In this document: in pieces, positions 12,513-25,915 of the stretch
Numbering within the stretch: the stretch's first letter is position 1
Layout: every line of letters starts with the position of its first letter
Origin: Dimorphilus gyrociliatus
Taxonomy: Eukaryota > Animalia > Annelida
NCBI GenBank assembly: GCA_904063045.1
Contig: CAJFCJ010000003.1
Coordinates: forward strand, 1,488,001-1,552,000
Reading direction: 5' to 3'
DNA: 64,000 nt
Notes under the pieces: model-generated
What the model saw: only the letters and a program-made list of their open reading frames with translations
Told to the model about the DNA's origin: nothing
Database searches by the model: none
Made by a program: the position numbers and the translations under genes

Positions 12513-15046
12513 TTAGTAGACCCTAGGTTTAGGCGGAATTGTAGTAACTTTAGAGTCCATTGTGTCATCGACAACTGGTTTATAAGTGAGCTGAACCTGT
12601 AAAACGACGACTTGATTGCCTTTAATGATAAGAAATATTCTAAACCTACCTTTCCAGTTTTGGGGTCAATGGTAGAGACGGTATGTTTTCTCCAGTGCTG
12701 GTCTTCGGGCAATTTTTTTTGACCTTCCAATGGCTTGGTGTAATCATACTCATCAATTCTCGTCTGTTGAAAAGTAAAAATTTGTGGATTCTATTTACAT
12801 CTATGTTTAGAGTACCTGAAAATCTTCTCTGGCATGAGCTCCTCTACTTTCCTTTCTTGCTTCGGCACTGTATACAGTTTGAAGAGAGTTCAATAATAAA
12901 TTCTGAAGTTCGAGTGTTTCAACCAAATCTGAATTCCAAGTCATGCCCTTGTCGACTACCTTGATATTTTTCATCCGAGCAAAAACGTCGTCTAATTTTT
13001 GACAGCCTTCTTTTAATACATTTCCGTCTCTGAAAACGGCTGCGTTCGTTTGCATTGTCTTCTGCATATCCAAACGAACGGCGGCTGTTGGCTCGGGTCC
13101 GTCAGCATTTCGAACGGCATCAAGATTTGCTATGGATTCTTCTCCTGCTGTTTCAGATAATTCTCGTACTTTTTCTCCAGGCTTGTTAGTGTCTGCGATA
13201 GTGTTTGCACAAGCTCTACCAAAGATAACCAAATCTAGAAGAGAATTAGCTCCTAATCGGTTAGCTCCGTGAACAGAAACGCACGCAGATTCACCTGCAG
13301 CATATAGTCCAGGAACAATCTGAGTACCATTGGTTTTGTCATAGTTAATGACTTGACCGAGATAGTTTGTAGGAATACCTCCCATGTTATAATGTACAGT
13401 GGGAAGAACAGGCACAGGGTCACGAGTAACATCAACACCTGCAAAAATCATGGCTGTTTCAGAGATACCAGGAAGTCTTTTCGCTAATTGGTCTTGGGGG
13501 AGGTGACTAAGCTGTAGATAAATATGATCTTTATCAGGTCCAACTCCTCTTCCTTCTCTGATTTCTATTGTCATTGATCTGCTAACAACATCTCTTGAAG
13601 CCAGATCAAGGACAGATGGAGCGTAACGTTCCATAAATCTTTCACCGGCGCTGTTGATCAGATAACCTCCTTCACCTCGGCAACCTTCAGTCATAAGACA
13701 TCCAGCTCCGTAAATTCCAGTTGGGTGAAACTGAACAAATTCCATATCCATATTAGGTAAACCTGCTCTTGAAATCATGGCAGTACCATCCCCTGTGCAA
13801 GTATGGGCTGCAGTACATGAGAAATAAGCTCTTCCATAGCCACCAGTTGCCAAAACAGTATTTTTTGCCTTGAATCTATGAAGGTTTCCATCTTCAAGAC
13901 TCATTGCAATAACACCAACACATTCGCCTTTCTCCATTAGGAGATCCATTGCGAAGTATTCTATAAAGTAATCTGTATCGTACATCAGTGATCGACCATA
14001 CAAAGTATGCAACATTGAATGCCCGGTTCTGTCGGCAACACAGCAAGCTCTATGGGCTTGTCCTCCTGTTCCCAATTTTAAAGCTTGTCCGCCAAAAGCT
14101 CTTTGATAGATATCACCATTTTCTAAACGCGAAAATGGCATACCATAATTTTCGAGTTCGATAACAGCTTTTGGAGCTTCTTCACACATATATTGGATTG
14201 CATCTTGGTCACCAAGCCAATCAGATCCCTTTACAGTATCATAAAAATGATTATGCCAATTGTCTTTCGGGTTGTCGTCAACATTGCTCAATGCGGCATT
14301 AATACCTCCTTGAGCAGCAACAGTATGGGATCTTGTAGGAAAGAGTTTCGTGATACAGGCAGTTTTAAATCCTTTTTCGGATAGACCGAAAGCGGCTCTC
14401 AATCCAGCTCCACCTGCTCCCACAACAACAGCATCGTATTCATGATCGACAACTTGGTAGTCTTTTGATATACTTGTCTTTTTAACACTATAGTTCCTGG
14501 AAGCGACAGAGCTCCACTGAAAAGGACGATATATTATAAAAACAGTTTATCAAGCTTTTTACAAAGTATTAATTTTGCACTCGTTTGATATAATTTAAGA
14601 CTATTTGGTAAAAGTTAGTTGCCTTTCTGCTTTAGTTAGAATACTTAGAGCATAAAAAAAGACGAGTTTGATGAAGGTTACCCTATGACCTTGCGAAGGT
14701 CGTAGCAGACGGTAAGTTTTAAGTCATTAAATTTTGAAATCCTCTACATCCTATATTGTGTAACTAGTCAATTTATTTGAAGAGAAACTTGAAAGATCGT
14801 TTCTGAGATTTTTTCAATGTGCTAATCTTTGTAACACTATGATTGATGTCTTTTTGAGCTTAAAAGTCTTGTGAGCGAGAATTGTTTGAAATTTCTAGTT
14901 TTTTCTTTAACAAGTCAATCATTTATTTCAATAAAGTGATTGAGTAGATTATATATAGAAATTTTAGTTTAAGTAGCACTTACTAGATATCTTGATAGAA
15001 GTTGAAATTTCGAATTTCTTGCTGCGATAAGACGAACCGAAGCCAT
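12513..15046 (-). CDS. SDHA: Succinate dehydrogenase flavoprotein subunit (exons 15046-14984, 14516-12816, ~12763-12650, ~12596-12513)
   Basis: Exon 1 gives the presequence [21 protein letters not shown], then a gtaagt donor in phase 0. Next exon WSSVASRNY...[26 protein letters not shown] (covalent FAD His), [33 protein letters not shown]-terminus IPPKPRVY*. Confidence 0.97.
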
Positions 15047-15203
15047 TCTCAGGCATGCGTGTTCAAAACTTTACTGTTTCCGCCGGAACAGCTCCGTCTG
15101 GTGATGAATAGATTTTGGTAAAATAGTCAATACGACAACACAATTAAAAACTGGTTATATTCAAATGAATTCTCGTCCATTTCTCTAACCAAATTCCTTC
15201 ATT

Positions 15204-15218
15204 GTTGACTGTAGCAAC
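15204..15218 (+). promoter_or_regulatory. X-box (RFX site) immediately upstream of DAW1
   Basis: GTTGAC-TGT-AGCAAC fits GTNRCN-N0-3-RGYAAC and ends 8 bp before the ATG of a motile-cilia gene. Confidence 0.55.
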
Positions 15219-15226
15219 GAAAAAAA

Positions 15227-17061
15227 ATGAAACTAACCCGATTTTTATTACGTTATTATCCACCTGGTTAGTTCAAAAGTTGCCTTTATTTTATGATTAT
15301 TATATTAATTTTTGTCTTATTTCAATAATAAGTAAAAATCCTTTTTACTTATTTCGTTCTTGGGCCATTTTTCCAATTTTCGAACAATTCTTTCTTTTTG
15401 TTTACTATTCTTCAATAAGTTTCTTTTACTAAAATTAGGTATTATTTTGGAATACCAAACTAAAACTGGGGATTTAAAAACTAAAGCAATTGATTTGCTA
15501 GATTTGACACAGAGGTAACTATTTTATAAATGTCATGATGGTTATAAATTTAGTAAGGCCTACCTTTTGTTCTCAGTTCAAATAGTGGTGAAATAGTGGA
15601 CGAAATGATGAAAAAAGAACCACTTTTGGCAAATTCAAATAAGGAACAGCTAATTACACTAGTCCAGCGTAAGAATTATTTTATTGATGATAATATATAT
15701 AAATTATATTACTTATCCCTATTTTCTTCCATAAAGGTTTGAAGCAAAAACAAGCTGAAAGTACGAAAAGTCAATTTTATTTATTTAAAGTACTCAAGGC
15801 ACATATTCTTCCTCTCACTAATGTTGCGTTTAACAAAAATGGATCTCAGTAAGGCGACTTAAATTGAAAAATAGTTTATTAATTGTCAATCTCTTAGTTT
15901 CATTACTGGAAGCTACGATAGAACTTGTAAAGTATGGTCAACTTTAGCGGGCGAGGAAATTTTTACCCTTGAAGGGCATAAGAATGTTGTTTATTCAATT
16001 GCTTTTAACAATCCATATGGGTAAACTATTTAATATTTATAAATTTGTCTACATTTCCTCATTTTCTTATTTCAGTGATAAAATAGCTACTGGATCTTTC
16101 GATAAAACATGCAAATTATGGAGTGCGGAAACTGGAAAACTTTTTCATACCTACAGAGGTCATTCTGCTGAAGTTGTAAGTAATACTTTATAACCATATA
16201 GCTTAGAGAGTAATTTAGGACAATTTTTTTCGATTAGGTATGCTTGTCATTCAATTTGAGAAGCACACAAGTAGCAACTGGTTCGATGGACACTACGGCA
16301 AGACTATGGGATATTCAGAGCGGACAAGAAGTTAACGTTCTTTGTGTAAGTAGAGTGAATATATTAATGAAATAATATCTGATGTTTTCTCAAAAAAAAG
16401 GGGCATTCAGCCGAAATCATTAGTTTACAATTTAATACGACTGGAGCTCATATCCTAACTGGGTCCTTTGATAATACTGTTACTCTATGGGACGTTAATT
16501 CTGGACAGTAAGTTTTGACATACAGTATGTTCCAGATTTATTGAAAGTTGACGCATTATTTTCTGCAGTAAAATTCATACCTTAGTTGGTCATAGGGCAG
16601 AGATCAGTAATGCAGTTTTTAACTGGGAAAGTAGCACTATAGCTACGGCTTCGATGGACAAAACTTGCAAATTATGGGGCGTTGCCGATGGAAGATGTAT
16701 TCAAACTCTGAGAGGACATGAAGATGAAGTTTTGGACGTAGCGTACGACAATACAGGCAGATATTTAGCATCAGCTAGTGCTGATTCAACTGCAAGATTA
16801 TATAATGCGCAAACTTTTGAGTTAATGCACAAACTAGAAGGTCATGAAGGCGAGGTTTCGAAAGTGGTGTTTAATCCGCAAGGAACGCTAGTAATGACAG
16901 CCAGTGCGGATAAGACATGCCACATTTGGGATGTTCAAACTGGCCAGTGTGTTCAGGTGCTGGAAGGACATACAGACGAGATATTTTCTTGTGCTTTTAA
17001 TTATGAAGGAGACACGATTATCACTGGCAGTAAGGATAATACTTGCCGTATTTGGAAATAG
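15227..17061 (+). CDS. DAW1: Dynein assembly factor with WD repeats 1 (WDR69/ODA16), about 9 exons
   Basis: [14 protein letters not shown] start; [21 protein letters not shown]; [16 protein letters not shown]|[15 protein letters not shown]; C-terminal [31 protein letters not shown]. Confidence 0.96.
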
Positions 17062-17229
17062 AAATTTATTTGTTCAGTATTTTTAGTTATTAAGTTAACC
17101 GTCCATAATTAAACGTCCATAAAATGTGATTCTTTTTTTTTTTACGTATTCGAAAAATTACATACGAATACATATATCTTGTTTGGAGAATCTAAGAAGA
17201 TATTATCTTGTTAATTAAAATCGTATTTT

Positions 17230-19328
17230 TTATACAATTCTCCCAGTAACCATGGAAAAGCGATCAATGCCAGACAAGGATTCCACATTCTTATCATTGT
17301 CTGCCAAAATCGTTTCATCTCTAATACCTCCACTTAAATTTAGTGGATTATCGTCAATAAACATAGCTTTACCCTTACCAATTGTACTTATTCCGTCTTT
17401 ATGCTTTCTTGATAAACCTTCTCCGATAGATTTACTTCTTTTGAGTTTGAAAGACAAATTTGTGGGTGATCTTGGAGGCAGTAATTGCTCACTGATTGTT
17501 CGAACTCTATGTCCTTTAATTACATTACATGCAAATCCAAGGAGGCAAATACTATTTAATACTTTTAGACTGAAGAGGCATAGGAGGAACATTCCCAGTA
17601 ACAAAAAGTGTTTATAACTTGAAAATGTCATGGAGGAGAAGGTTATCTTTATTGAAATGACAGCCAAAGGTAAAGGAATAAATCCCATTCTCCGACTAAC
17701 AACGTCTAAATAATCGCTGAAAGCCTGCTTTTGACGTGAGTTTTTCATATCGTAAGCTAAACTAGTCGTATATTCTGTGTAGACCTAAAATGATAATCCA
17801 GGATTTAAAAACAGTTCATTAACATACGGTTAAAAACCTACATCTGCAGGGATCTCATTGAATTTTGTAATAAAAGCGTGCTTAACTCCATCAACAATAA
17901 TTTCTGAGACAAGAACCATGAGAATATCAGGGATCAGGTCTAATAAGTGTTCTGCACCGAAAGAAAGTATTTTTAATTTTTTATCTCCTAGTTAAGATTA
18001 ATCAAACCAAAGTTCCATGAAAATTCAGTTAAATTTCTCACGCTAACAATTGAAAGGAGGACCAAAAAATGAAATCTTTCTCTTACATCGGAGCAAGCCA
18101 TTTGGAAGAGGTTGTTCTTTTCAAACTTTTTGAAAACCGATCCTTTCAGTTCTACAAACTAATGAGTGAACCATGATTATTAAGACAATAGAGAAAAATA
18201 TTGAAAAGCTCTTACGTTGTTTGACATCATTATTGTTAATAACGCTTTATTGTGAGAATTAAAAGCCACATTCAAAGTTGTAGCTTGAAAGAGAACAAGA
18301 GTTGCATGACCAACAACGTAAACAACAGCTAGTATAGCGTGCGGAATGAGACCTAGATGTTCCCGTTTTCTGCCTCTTTGCTCAGATCCAGTCCACATTA
18401 AAGAATCTAATATATCTTGTCCAAAAGACGAGAATAGTTTATCGGCAACCTTAAACATGATAATTTATGTAAGATATTTCGCAATCAGTAAATAGCTTAC
18501 ATACTTCTAACATATTGAAGAAAATGTACAATTTAATAATGGCCTGGCCTCGTATCAAGTGATACATCATTGAAATATCTATATAGTATATGGCAATACA
18601 AGCCAATATTAGAACCAATCCTTTTAATAAGTCACGAATTTCCGCGGATTCCATCCATCTTGTCCTATTTCCACTAAAAAACAATGAAAAAAATGATTAT
18701 AACTAGTTATTGATGATCTTGATCATATTTCTCACGATCTAACAAAGCACTTTCGAAATATCTCAAAGAACGCTAAAATAAATCTTAAGGGTAGGAATGT
18801 GAAAGTATACAGGAAAGCGTCAACACATTGTAGAAAACCAAAACAAATGAATTTTTCCAATTCCAAAGGTATCTTTATAAACGTGTAGACCTTTTTACTT
18901 TTTTCAGATAATTTTTTACCGTCCTCATTATCTAACTTATAACCTCTTGTCAATTCCATATAAATATAATTTAATAAGGATGGTGCTTCCAATGGCTCCT
19001 CACTAGTGTTCTCTAATTCTTCATCTTCGTATTCAGTATCTAAAATTTCTGATAAAATTTCTTCCTTGTTTTTTTCATCGCACTCAGATGGTGATCTACG
19101 TCTTAGTTTACAGCCTTCGCCTGGAGGAATAAAGTCACCGGAATTAAAGGGAGTATTTGGAGTTGCTGACGTTTCTAAATGGCCTTCAGCCTCAGCGGCA
19201 ATTTTTGGTTCCTCAAATAGTGGTTCATAGGTGGAATTCGATAGATTGTGAGTCAGATCTGACTCCTCAGATTGGTCACCGTTTTCCAATGAACCCTTAT
19301 CTACCTTTTCCGTACATTCATAGGACAT
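17230..19328 (-). CDS. TAPT1: Transmembrane anterior-posterior transformation protein 1 (DUF747/EMP65 family), multi-exon
   Basis: ELTRGY, VYTFIKIPLELEKFICFGFLQCVDAFLYTFTFLPLR, MYHLIRGQAIIKLYIFFNMLE|VADKLFSSFGQD, LNVAFNSHNKALLTIMMSNN, DGVKHAFITKFN, DVVSRRMGFIPLPL. Confidence 0.94.
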
Positions 19329-20525
19329 ATTTTCAGGATGCTGATTATCCTACTTGAGTACAAGTTTACTTTCACAAACCATATTAGAATAAACTTATAA
19401 GAGAAAAAAGTAAGCAGCTTTCATCACATTTCAAATAACCTTGACATTCAAGAACGAGTAAAACCTGGCTCATGTTCCGTTTTTAATTGACTTGAATCTT
19501 ATCAAGTAAGTCTTTCTGCAAGTGTTAAAATATGATTCTTACGAAAATTTTACAAATTTGTTTGATGAACAATAGCGTGGTTCATATGTATACTTCATAG
19601 ATGCAAAATTTGTTTTTTTACCGGCTAATTTGTCATTATTTTTGTATTTTCACTTTTGAGTGGAATAGTGAGTGTTTGAGTGGCCTTTTATAAACATAGA
19701 TATACTTTATACAGTATGTACAGTAAAAATATGCTAACTATATTAGAGTACAAATTTCTTCCATTGTCGAATATCTATTTTTTTAAAATTTTACGGTTTA
19801 CTTAATAGCAATTCATTCGTTTTGGACAGGATTTATTCTACGAGGTTTAGTTTAAGAACAATTGCACATTCCTATTATAATCATACCTATTTTTTTTCTG
19901 TTATATATTTATCATAGAATTTTGCTATCACTTAATTAGCTGATAAGTTTATGCTGTCATATGCTTAATTTTAGTCCTTAATATGCTGTTTGATTACTAT
20001 ATACACCTACTGATTGTAGTTAATTTCAAGAAATAACGTATTGCATAAGCAGGAGGGTTTACACGTGACGTGATGAAATAGTACTACGTATCTTTCAACG
20101 TAATAATTTAATTGTTATTGACATTTGCTCAGTGCTTGTTTCCACCAAGAAATTTCTAGTTTAATTAAGCCTAAGATACTATCACAATGAAAACTTTAAT
20201 GATATTTTGAATAGAGAAAGTAAAATTTGACACTAAATACATAAAATACCTTTGAAAACATAACTGTTACAATATACTTGAATGATTTCTAAGAGTTAAA
20301 ATATTCAGCATCTAAAATTTAGACATAAGTTGATCTAATAATGAAATTAATCGATTTAAATTATTGATCCTTCCTCTCACGTGCGTTTCAACATATTGAT
20401 TTTTTTTCCAACCGTAAAAACATCAGTTACTTTAACGCCACCGTTCAAACTAAACGAAAAAATATACTTGGCTATTTTTATTTTGTTCATTTACGATCAT
20501 TAAATGACCACTTTATGACCAACTT

Positions 20526-23006
20526 ATGGAGGTCGAACTACAAACTGCCGTTGATGATTTATTAAATAGCTCGGAAAAAAGAAAGTTTATACAGTCTTTA
20601 TCTAATTATCATAAGAGTAGAAATGTGTACGAGTTTGGGGAAGATTTGAAGGAATTATTAGATACTCCTGCTAAAAGAACGCTTGTCGAAAAAGTCAGGA
20701 AAGTTGTTCCGTTGGCCGATTTACGATTCTTTGATCAATGCATGAGAACGAGAGAATGGATTAATGAGCGTAATTCCTCAATTATTCATGAAACTATTGA
20801 TTTAAATGAATTGGCGATTGAGGACGAGAGAACAGTCGTCATTTCGGATATTAGATCAACGCTAGATTTGGGATTTAGTATAAGAGGAGGTATTGAATTT
20901 GGAACGGGAGTCTATATATCGCACGTCGATAGTGATTCCATAGCGGAAACTCATGGATTAACTCCTGGAGATTTGATTGTTTCAGTTAATGGGATTGATT
21001 TTAGCAATGTTTCCCATGTTCAAGCAGCAAAGCTGATAAAATCTAGTAGACGACTAGAAATAGTATTAAAGAATACGGGAAGGGTGCCTGGAACTAGCGA
21101 AACACTAAAGGAATATACCTGGGTTGATCCTTTCGGGAGAAGTGTTTCGCCACCCTTATCCGATTATGGAGGAGATTGCCCGGAGAGAAAGGTCAATTTG
21201 GACCTTTCGGATCATAAACCCTTAGGATTGATGATTAGGGGAGGACGCGAGTTTGGGTTGGGAATTTACATAACAGGCGTAGACTTAGGCTCTATATCGG
21301 AACAATCAGGTTTGAAGGTGGGGGATCAAATACTGGATGTCAACGGAAAGAGTTGCATTGATATTTCTCACATGGAAATGGTTAACATCTTAAAGAATAA
21401 CAACCATTTAATAATGACTGTCAAAAGTGTAGGGAAATTACCGTACGCTAAAACTACTTATGATCAACTTATGTGGTACTCTAGCAATAAAACTAACAGT
21501 TCAACAGATTCTCCAAGACAACGTCGAGCTAAAGCTGTCCCAGCACCAGAAGTACCAATTGGAAAGTTGAGAAACAAAACCTTTACTCAGGCGGAAATTC
21601 ATAGCCTAAATGAGGATAGTGGTGTTGAACTGAATGGGAACAGTTCAACAAGCTCGAACAAACTCGTTACTCTCTCACCAGAGGCCACTATCATTAATGA
21701 TAGTATAGATGATTATAATTATAGAGATCCAAAGCAAAATTATTATAGATTTAGAACTGCTTCTATTAGCCATAAAATAGCCAATACGTTAGAGTCTCTG
21801 GAAGAGATTCCGCAAAAACCGTCAAATGGTAGGAAATTTATCAAGAGGAGTGAAGATAAAAGAGATTTCGAAAGAATGAAAAGGGAAAGAGATCTAATAT
21901 ACAGAGATACTGACGATATTGCAATTAGCGAACAATTAAATGACGATGATGAAAGTGAAGAAAATTTTGTAAGAGTCATAGAGCCAAATCAAGAACGCCA
22001 TTCGGAATATATAGTATATATTTTAATAAATCAACAGCATATAGGCCTTTTTGTATTGAACTTCAAAATATCCCTAAATCTAAATATATTACATATTTTT
22101 CGTAAGAACCTAATATTCCGAATCGTGTTCTAGTCATACTCGCCAATAAAACCTCCAAGAAAATCAGTTAATTATAGAAAAACAGCGAATGATTCATCGA
22201 GCTCATCAGATTTTAATGAAGATGACTGGTGTTTTGACAAAGAAATAGAAGCGGAAGTTCATAGACCTGATACCGATTCTAAACCTCTTATTTGGGTCGA
22301 ATCATCGTTTGTAAGATCATCGCCAAGACCAAAAATTCAACCTATATCTCCGTACGTACGGAAAGCACTGGATAAAAAATCGGATGAGACAAGATCAACA
22401 TCTCGTGTTGAGGTTAGACCAAAAACACCAACTCCTTCTCATAAGAAAGAGGAAATTCCTGAAATTAAGGCAATTCCTCCAGATGTATTGAAGGCTCTTG
22501 TTAAGAAAGTAGAAGAAAATCAGTCACGTGCAAATTCTAGAAATTCACCCTCTCCCGTTCCTTTTCTCCAGGAATCAAATAATTTTACGACTTATACAAC
22601 GGCCAGTACCTCTACTCAGGGAGACGATCGGCAAGATTTTAGAGCAAAAACACCAATTTCTTTATACGAAGAAAATTGGGACCGTCTATCGTCACGTAAA
22701 CATAAGCCAGATGAAGAAATTAAGATAATATCGATGAGAAAATTAAAACCTACGCTGGGAATAGCTATTGAAGGAGGAGCAAATACTAAACTTCGAATGC
22801 CTCGCTTAATAAGCGTCCAGCCTGGAGGCTCCGCATATGCTTCAGGCGAATTAAAAGTTGGTCATGTAATCCTTAGTGTAAACGGTATCGAAACCGACGG
22901 CCTCAATCACGAAGATATAGCTAAATTAATTGCAAAAGCTTTCAAGGATAAAAATGATAGCATTGCTTTCAAAGTCAAAGATTCAAACCGAAAAGTTCAA
23001 TTATGA
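20526..23006 (+). CDS. WHRN: Whirlin/PDZD7-family scaffold: harmonin-N-like domain plus 3 PDZ domains; one predicted intron ending at 22133
   Basis: N-terminal HHD (YHKSRNVYEF...LLDTPAKRTL); PDZ1 LGFSIRGGIEFGTGVYISHV; PDZ2 LGLMIRGGREFGLGIYITGVD; EDSGVE motif; PDZ3 TLGIAIEGGANTK. The two ORFs are in the same frame, separated only by the TAG at 22131-22133. Confidence 0.82.
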
Positions 23007-23475
23007 TCGGCTTATATTTGAATCTAGTACTTTCCAACAATTAGAATAATAATACAAAGCATAATAATGATGAGATTCTTATCATTATAAAACATAAGCA
23101 TACAAATGAACAGTTACTAATATATATTAGATATTAGATATATACAGTATATATATATACAGAGAGTTCATATTTCTATTTACTTTTGTTACTACTTTTT
23201 TTAACTGTTCAATGAAAGATTCATGAAAAATTTTTACTAAACTTTTAAAACATTCACGATGTTGTTGAAAAACAAAAAGAAGAGCTAAGACAAACTATAA
23301 AAATAAGGGAAAAGAAACCACGTGTTTTATATGTTTATCATTTTTTTTATCATTAAATTATTCTATATTCGTTAGATATAATCGTCAAAAATGTATAATT
23401 TGTTTGTTTAATCAAAATATTTTCTTTCAGAAGCCAAAAAAAAAACAACAAAAAATACAAAGCACATTTTAGAAA

Positions 23476-25669
23476 ATGAGTTTTAGAGTTACCATCCATT
23501 TTTTTATACTCATCACTTTTTATTGGACAGCGAATTGTCAGAATTGCCCAAATATTACAAATTTGACTAGCCACGAAGCAGTATTAACGTTAAAAAATTA
23601 TGATAGGAAATCGTGCTCATGGACCGTTACAACAAGGAATATTTCACACAGTGTAATTAATTGAAATTTTAATAATTTAATGGAATAGTTTTAATCAATC
23701 TAACAATATTTTTCTGTATTTAACACTTTATTTAATAAGACTTGTACAGCTATTTTTAGATTGTAGATTATACATATACTAAAAGTATTCTAATTCTAAT
23801 TTTTGTGCTGATAATAGGTTATTGAGATGAGGTTTAAACAACTAAAATTAAAGTCTTGTCAGAGCTGTTCGTCTTGCCCTAATTTGGCAGTTTACGAAGG
23901 TCCTGATAAATATCCAGATGCAACTTTAGTAAAGAATAGACTAATTACAAAAATTTGTGGCAACCAAATACCACCAATGATAGTTTCTGCAGGAGATAAA
24001 CTAGTTTTGAAGTTTGATCCAAAAAATAATAAGGGAGAAGCTGCCTTTAATATTACCTTTACTACTGTAGAGCTAAGTACATAAAACATGAATTGTCAGG
24101 ATTTTTTTTTAATTGGTTTAATTTCAACAGAGATGTTTAACTGCCCTAAAAAGCAAGCTATTGGTGCTCATGAACAGGGTATAAGATCACCTCTTTACGG
24201 AGTCGAGGCATTTGCTCCAAAATTAAATTGCAGTCATATAATAAGACCAAAAAAAGGCTACAAGGTATATTAAATGATTAATTATTATAATTTACTAATT
24301 ACTTATTCTAACTAGTACGTTCGAATCGATGTCCTATCTTTGCAAATGGGGATAGATAAAGATAAAAACTTCCCTTTACATACAATATCTATCTTTGACA
24401 ATACCTCAAAATTAATAGGTAGATTATAAATAGAATTAGCGAAATAATAACTTTGTTTTTTTAAGACCAATGCAGCTTTGGACAATGCAAATCCTTTAAC
24501 CGATCGATTTTCGTTTTGGGGGAAGCAGCCGTCTATTTTCTTACAAACTATCCAACTTCTATTCAACCTTCTCTAAAAAATAAAGATTACGGATTTCTCT
24601 TAAGATTTTCGTATGCCAAAAATATATTAACAAGTATCTATCAGAGTATTTTAAGAGTTGATACTTAATAATCCGTTTAAGAGCCCAATTATAGCCAGCT
24701 ATTGATTTATCAATTTATTTCCCACTAATTTAGGTAAAGCATGTTATCCGAGAGATGGAATAAGACCTATACAAGTGGGCGATTCTTTTCAAATAGCCTC
24801 TCCGTACACCTCTAATAACTTTCAAAGAAATATTCATTGCATTTGGAATTTAAAAAGTTTGCTTTACTTTTTTTTATTATATATTTCTATTTAAAGGGGT
24901 TAAATAGCTATCTTGATAACATTTATACTGGAATATATACATATACTGTATTTATTGATTTTTCAAGTCTCATTTTCTGCTAAACTTAGAAATCGCTTTA
25001 AATAATTTTTTAAACTGAAAAAAAATCAATACGCCATTTTTTTGACTAACATTTTACAAAACTGACGATAGTTTTTTACCTGAATTACAATTAAAAAGTC
25101 TGTCTGATAATTTGGCTTAAGTTTCCTATTGAATATTCATTATTTTGTGATAAATTTGAACAGGCGCCACCTATCAAGGCAAAGGGAATGCTAATTCGAT
25201 TTTAATAACCATTAAGAAGCTCCTTGTTAAGGATGCTCTGTTGATAATAATTGATTCAAAATCGAAACATATACTGAATCATACACAAAACACATTAAAA
25301 TTTGAAGGATCAAGCTTAATCATTGAATTCGCTAGCAAAAATTTTAAAAAAGATGAAGAATTCTTGCTTGAAGTTAAATTTACAGGTTAGCAAATTACAT
25401 TCAAGTGTTTTCAATAAAAAGTATTTATTTAACTTTTAAATCTAGAATTTCAAATGAGTGGATGGAAGATAGCGTTGATAACAGTTGCTGTCGTCGCCTT
25501 TGTCTTTGTTGTCGTTGGTGTTGGTCTCTTTGCGATTAAGCGTATTAAGAATAGACGTAATATAAAAATTACTTAATAAAAAGTGTTCTAACAAAAATCT
25601 GATTCTACAACAGATAATTACGAAATAATTAGGTCAGAAGAGACTGGCGAAACGCAGAAGATCGACTAA
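23476..25669 (+). CDS. Type I membrane protein with signal peptide, three CUB-like domains, TM helix and short tail (9 exons)
   Basis: Signal peptide MSFRVTIHFFILITFYWTANC. CUB features: SCSWTV, LAVYEG...KICGNQIPPMIVSAGDKLVLKF, IRSPLYG...NCSHII, IASPYTSNNFQRNIHCIWNL. TM IALITVAVVAFVFVVVGVGLFAI; tail RHNYEIIRSEETGETQKID*. Exon phases are consistent. Confidence 0.75.
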
Positions 25670-25915
25670 CACTTCTATCTTTCATACATCTTTAACTTCA
25701 TATTTGATTTACAATATAATTGTTACGAGCTGTGATAAATAAAGAAATTAATAAGCTCATAAGGCATGTATTCTCTAAATCAATTATTAGGGATAGATAT
25801 AGAAAAGTAGGAATTCAAATTTTCGTTCAGGGTTAAGAGAAGTCAAAGTCATAGGACGTTCAAATATCAGGAGTTAGCAGATTGAATCGAAGAGGCAGCA
25901 GGACTGTCTTTCTCT

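Noticed and set aside
14517-14720. Apparent alternative SDHA first exons and a plus-strand gtaagt donor near 14712
   Set aside because: No in-frame ATG; the exon at 15046-14984 gives a clean presequence in the correct phase, so this is intron 1.
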